From Klebsormidium nitens (Eukaryota; Plantae; Klebsormidiophyceae): a stretch of DNA of 64,000 nucleotides. The stretch spans positions 236,173 through 300,172 of the forward strand of contig DF236990.1 of NCBI GenBank assembly GCA_000708835.1. The letters run 5' to 3'. Both the position numbers and the translations under genes were made by a program. Shown piece by piece: positions 59,301 through 64,000 of the stretch; position 1 is the stretch's first letter; every line of letters starts with the position of its first letter. The notes below the pieces were generated by a model. It saw only the letters and a list, made by a program, of their open reading frames with translations, did no database searches and was not told the DNA's origin.

Positions 59301-60620
59301 CAAGGCGATGTAAAACGCCCCTCTTAAACTTCTGCGCCGTCCGCTTCCCTTCTAGGAAAGAGGCTTTGGTTCATGAATGGCCTCTTTCCAGTTAAACGCG
59401 TCCGAGCTTCGGCGGCATGGCTTCTCAATTTGCCTCGTGATTACCTGCTCCTTTACGCCCAAAAGACGCACTTCTCTGTTGCCGCTCCGCATTGGATTCC
59501 CCGCAGTTTGCATCCCCTGAAAACGTCAAAAACCGGTAAGTAAGTCATATCAGATCAGCAGCATCAGAGTCTCCCCATATCTGGTGTCTGCGTATCTAGT
59601 TTCTTCCCTAAGCCGATCTCAACTGCGTGCAGTCGTGCGTCAAAGTGGCGGTCGACTTCGTGTCCCCCGAGAACGTGGACCAGTGCATGGCGCTCACCGA
59701 GGAATTCCGGGCGCTGCCTGCGGGCCACCGCGCAAAGGAAGATAAGCTGGGGGTAAGATACCTTTTGATTTTCTTTAAGGGTGGCTGCTTCTCAGCAAAA
59801 CCTTCTATACTCTAAGGGCGCGATAGGGCGGGGACAATCGAGGAGACTGACGTCTAACTCTAGTTCTACGTCAGATGCTCAGGATGACCTCCGCGAAACA
59901 GTCGACAATTTGGAGTCTCAGCTGATTCTTGCCTGGACTGTGGTAAGACAGAAGTTGGAGTTGGGGAATCGGTTCTGAAGACAAATATCACGATCAGGCG
60001 GGAATGCTGTAAAGTTCGGTTCAGCCCTGTCGAGAGATGAAGGCTGCTTCAGTCCTTTCCTGCGTGCGTCTTTTTAATGACGTTGCTGGATGATTCGCCC
60101 TGAGAAGCGATGTTGAGGAGGACAGGGAGACAAACCGACGACCTTGAACTTAATTTGGGCGGCTGCGAACATCTAGTCCAGGGATCGAAACATTCACCTT
60201 TCGACTTCTGGTTCGTATAAATGTGGGGGCACCAAGGCCGTTTTGCCCTTCAACATTGGCTCGTACATTGGCTCGTACTTCTTCCCTCTCGTGTACTTTG
60301 TCGTTCCTGCACACTCCCTTTTGCAACCCCAATCCAGATCACTTGTGGCCGCACATCATGCAAAAGCCCGACACTCTAGACAATCGACACTCGTTTCCAG
60401 CGCCGCATCGGGCGGCAGTGCAAACGTCAAATTCTTAACCCGACGACAAAGATAATTACTTTCAACAGATGACAAAAGTTGTCGCGATCGACCATTGTAC
60501 GTGTATTTGCAGGTTAAGCGGATGCTCCTCCACGCGGCCAGAGCGGCTGTGGATGAGGTCAAGCGCTTACACAGGGAGGCCGGAGGAGCGGTGTCGAGAA
60601 CGCGCCGGCAGGCGGGATGA
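44351..60620 (+). CDS. KDM3/JMJ25(IBM1)-class JmjC H3K9 demethylase, ~2,981 aa: 4 GATA-like fingers, WRC, RING-like zf-4CXXC, JmjC
   Basis: Exons 44351-46114, 46579-49179, 49669-49769, 50086-50209, 50840-51033, 51643-53266, 53890-54070, 54693-54886, 55577-55687, 56108-56224, 56600-58147, 58570-58642, 59121-59206, 59633-59752, 60513-60620 sum to 8946 nt in frame. [15 protein letters not shown]...CEHH; CHQC...CNCRRC; [14 protein letters not shown]; [12 protein letters not shown]; [12 protein letters not shown] (HxD); [32 protein letters not shown]. The exact start is uncertain. Confidence 0.9.
54860..55170 (+). repeat. Degenerate intronic copies of a JmjC exon end and donor
   Basis: The live junction is gtcgattgcctcgactggaactcg|gtaaggccg. 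Copies are gtcgactgaactcggtaagacggg (~54955) and gtcgattgcaatttgggaagacggg (~55140). Confidence 0.65.
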
Positions 60621-62089
60621 GTTAGTAACGCAGTTGATGTGAGGCGCCGTTAGGCTAACTGTGACAGAAGAAATGGTTCAGAATGATGCTTTCCACATAC
60701 ACGGCTGCTTCACCGAACGGGCGGCTTGACCGCTAGTGGAGTCCGACCGCGCAACCCCGAGAGTCTCTGTCAAGCCCACGATACGTGGCGCATAGTGGGC
60801 CACAATCTTACAGAATGCGGTCGGATTCAAATTGTTTGATAAGATGGCAAAATAGAACAAGTCGCCATCGATTACAAGGATGATTGAGTCTGTACATAGG
60901 AACAAGACTCAGCATGTACAGTTAGCACTGGCTACATGGAGCAAGTTCAGCTAGAACCCGATGCTTGTCACTAAGATTTGAGAATGGAATTGCGATAGAC
61001 CGACCACTCGATCGTGCTTTTTCTTTGGAAAACCGTACCCACATCTGTCAGCGCAAACCCGATTCCAACAAGTGAAACGTTCATCAATCATGCGCTGTGA
61101 CAGCCGCGAGCCTTGCAGTTCGCACCGCATCATACAGAGTGAAGGCGTTGGCAGTGGGCTATTCGACCACACTTCGCGATCAATCGTGCTTAGTACGTTG
61201 CACAATTACGCGGCGGCCCGCGGCGCGTAGCTAGCCTGCCATCTTAATTGCATTGGCCGCGCAACGGTAGGCTGCATCTTGTATTCAATGGCCACGTGTC
61301 CATTTATCATGGCCTGGAACCGTCGTACGCGTATCCCACATGTATATGATGCCGTAAAGAGGCTCCCGCGCTGCATGGCTACAAGTGGACTGGATGATCT
61401 TTTCCACGAGTTGAAATGCACCGTGACGTCTCCGCCGCTGCCCACTGAGTTACCGAGTCGTACACTCGGTCAGTGAATCATTTGACCATGAAACATGACG
61501 GCCGTACATCAAAGATCTTGCTTACTTGAGTTCCTGGCACTTCGGGCTTCTGCATGAGTCAAACATACCATGCACTGTGTGCCAATCAGAGCTTCAACCA
61601 GCTTTCGACTTTGACCCTAGATTGACGCTTCTTCTTCGAAGTACGTATGTGCATATGCGGCCGCTTGCTGTGCAGTACGTCGGTCCGTTGTCGATATGTG
61701 CCTTCGATAATGAAACAGGTCCCGAGGCGCCCACGAATGTGATGCTGTCGATCTTTGGTAATAGCAGACACTTTCCTTTTACTAGAGTTAAGGGAACTGA
61801 AACCGAGTCAGATCTGTACACTTTGTTCCGTCCCTAAGCATCTTGGGGACCCGGCTGCCTCCGAGGCCTCCGCCCTTTTGTATGGTGAACTTGGCCAAAA
61901 GGAGTAGGTTCTCAGATGAGGATATTCATGACAAAACTTGTGCAGCGAACTTTTTCACAAGTACGCTGCACAAGCTTAATATTGACATACCACCAGACCA
62001 AGATCAACGAGGCGCGGTTCAGTCCTGTTCCAGTACTTATTCCTAAAGCTCTGCACATTACCAGCTGCCATTTCACTATGAGAAGTAAA

Positions 62090-63550
62090 ATGGCTGTTAT
62101 ATATCTATTTTCTGCCTAATTGCCTAATATTTGCCCAACCGCTGGCTATTGAAGGCTAGTTTTAATAGCCATAAATTACTTCCGACCAGCTTATGGCTAG
62201 CATTGGCTGGTATCGATAGACATATTCCGGCCGCATCCTCGGACTCCGGCCGGGACTGGCTATTGATGCCCAATCTTGGCTGGTTTCCCCCGGGCGGTGG
62301 CTAAGCAGGGCTATGCGGCGGCTAGTTGTCGTCATTAGCCATGTGCCAAGTCTAGCATATGGCCAATAAAATGCTAATATATCGTGATTAGTCATCATAG
62401 ACAGATCTTAGGCACCGGCCTTTTCAAACCGGGTGTCTATCATGCCTAGTCTGAAATTACTTTGGCTATACCGGCCGATCATAGCCATGGCCGGTAGGCT
62501 CATGCCTATTGTAGTTGCGATAGCCAAGATCTAACCTACAAAATGGCTATTAATGCCACTGCTTATTAGACAAAAACTGGTCAAGTTTTTGCCTCATTGT
62601 ACCGGCCGCATTTACACCTAAATTTGGCCCAGAGTGGCGCCCCGGTGATTGGCGGGACCATGGCCAGTATTACCGTACTAGCCTTGAACTGGGACTCAGT
62701 ATGCGCCGGGCACTTTCAGACCTGTATAAACACTCAAAGATGATGCCCGGTGATTGCATTCGGGACTTGGCGAGAATTTGAGAATGTTGTCCAAATTACG
62801 GTAAGACACCAACCGGCAGTCCTACCGGGCCAATAATTCGCCCCATGAAGGTGCTCGGAAGATGTATCTGCGAGGGCTTTCTATCTTGTAGACTTGCTGC
62901 GCATGGGTGCACGGTACCTAAGCTAGCGTGAGTAGGTACCTGCGGTCCCCATCTGGGGAACCGACAGCCTACCGGGCATACATTTGCCCGTCTCCGCAGG
63001 CAAACGAGTGCCCGGTAGGTAGGTATCAGGTTATAGGTTTTAGCAAGTCGGAATATGTCGGTGAGCTTTCATAACCTGTCTGGTTAAGTTGCTTGGTTTA
63101 TGCTGACATCATGGTGATGTAACGTGCTTGTCTATGACTCGGGTTCGATCCTCATTGCTGCCACTTCGCTGTTGCACACTTTTCTGCGATGTTTGTGATA
63201 CTAGGCGTGACTGGCCAAAGATAGCCATCGAATAGCTACCCGGGTGGAGATTCCGGGTTAGCTTGGACAGCCAAAAGTTGGCCGCAGGGGTCGATAGCCA
63301 GGTTAGCCAACCATGGCTAGTTTATGTTAGCCTGGGCTATCAATTATGGCTAGTCGGACTACTAGCTATAATATGGCCGAGATTAGACATGCCCTAGACA
63401 TGCGAATTTACTAGGCAAAAAGCTGGTCATATAGGCAAACGATAGACACGGTATGGCTATTGTCGTGCTAATATTGGCCAATATAAGCCTACTATTCGCC
63501 TAACATTTGGCTAATCGGCTAGCTAAAAAATAGCCAAGTTGCTTCCCATA
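62090..63550. repeat. Degenerate TAGCC/GGCTA-rich repeat flanks around a hairpin-rich core; probable non-autonomous transposon relic
   Basis: Dense tagcc/ggcta words at 62090-62560 and 63200-63545. Direct similarity gcctaatatttg...ggctag...aatagcc...acttcc (62122-62183 versus 63497-63546). No long ORF. Confidence 0.4.
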
Positions 63551-63960
63551 GTGAATTTACAGCAAATCCCCAAGCACAAGCTGTGACATTCTCTTTTATA
63601 AAATCCCTCCAATTCGACAGAATGTACAGTATCAGAAGCGGAGAGTACATCAGGTGAAGTCTCCACCAGGGACGGCGCAGAACCGAGTGGCCCTTCGCCT
63701 CCTCTAGTTCCCTTTTCAAAATCCTATTTTCATTCCGTAGCTGCTTTATTAAAGCCCCTTGACTGCTCCCTCCCGAAAACCCACCCTTAATTGCAAAGTA
63801 TCGCAACCCCCCATTGCGTTTCTTGAGCCACTCAAACGCGGCCCCCACTTCTGAGGAGTGCCCACCTCTGCTTTGCATCGCCTTGCAGTGTGCCGGAAAA
63901 TTTGCGTAAGCGCTCTTGAGAGCTTGGGCGTAGTCCCAATCGGGAGCGGGGTTGAGTAAA
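63519..63960 (-). CDS. Unassigned ORF (possible terminal exon of a gene starting beyond the window): coiled coil plus hydrophobic tail
   Basis: The frame is open from ~63970 to 63519 and includes KQLRNENRILKRELEEAK and WWRLHLMYSPLLILYILSNW. No family recognised and no clear acceptor. Confidence 0.25.
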
Positions 63961-64000
63961 ATTGTGACGGTTGGACAGGGTTTACACGCTGCCTGTCTAC

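Noticed and set aside
63135-63163. Intact tRNA gene
   Set aside because: Only a T-loop-like motif is present; the T-stem is mismatched and no acceptor, D or anticodon arms could be built.

Overview
Intron-rich eukaryotic nuclear DNA, most likely from a streptophyte green alga such as Klebsormidium (inferred from gene content, 300-900 bp introns and GC-rich exons). Seven multi-exon genes were rebuilt by hand from GT/GC-AG junctions with reading frames checked: (1) an At4g18810-like plastid NAD(P)-binding Rossmann protein (-, runs off the left edge); (2) peroxisomal acyl-CoA oxidase ACX3 (+); (3) a multi-PAS hybrid histidine kinase (+); (4) a beta-amylase with a very long N-terminus (-); (5) PEX5 (+); (6) a membrane-anchored FkbM-type methyltransferase (-); (7) a ~2,980-aa KDM3/JMJ25-class JmjC demethylase carrying four GATA-like fingers (+). 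There are also three small TA-flanked inverted-repeat elements (MITE-like), telomere-like tracts and a repeat- and hairpin-rich block near the right end. The most unusual signal is recurrent: at least 11 splice junctions in 4 genes have tandem copies of the exon edge plus its splice site stacked inside the adjacent intron. One copy differs from the live exon almost only at synonymous sites, one is joined through a telomere-like filler, and one array leaves the kinase frameshifted unless a duplicated unit is used as a new exon. No rRNA, intact tRNA or CRISPR array is supported.
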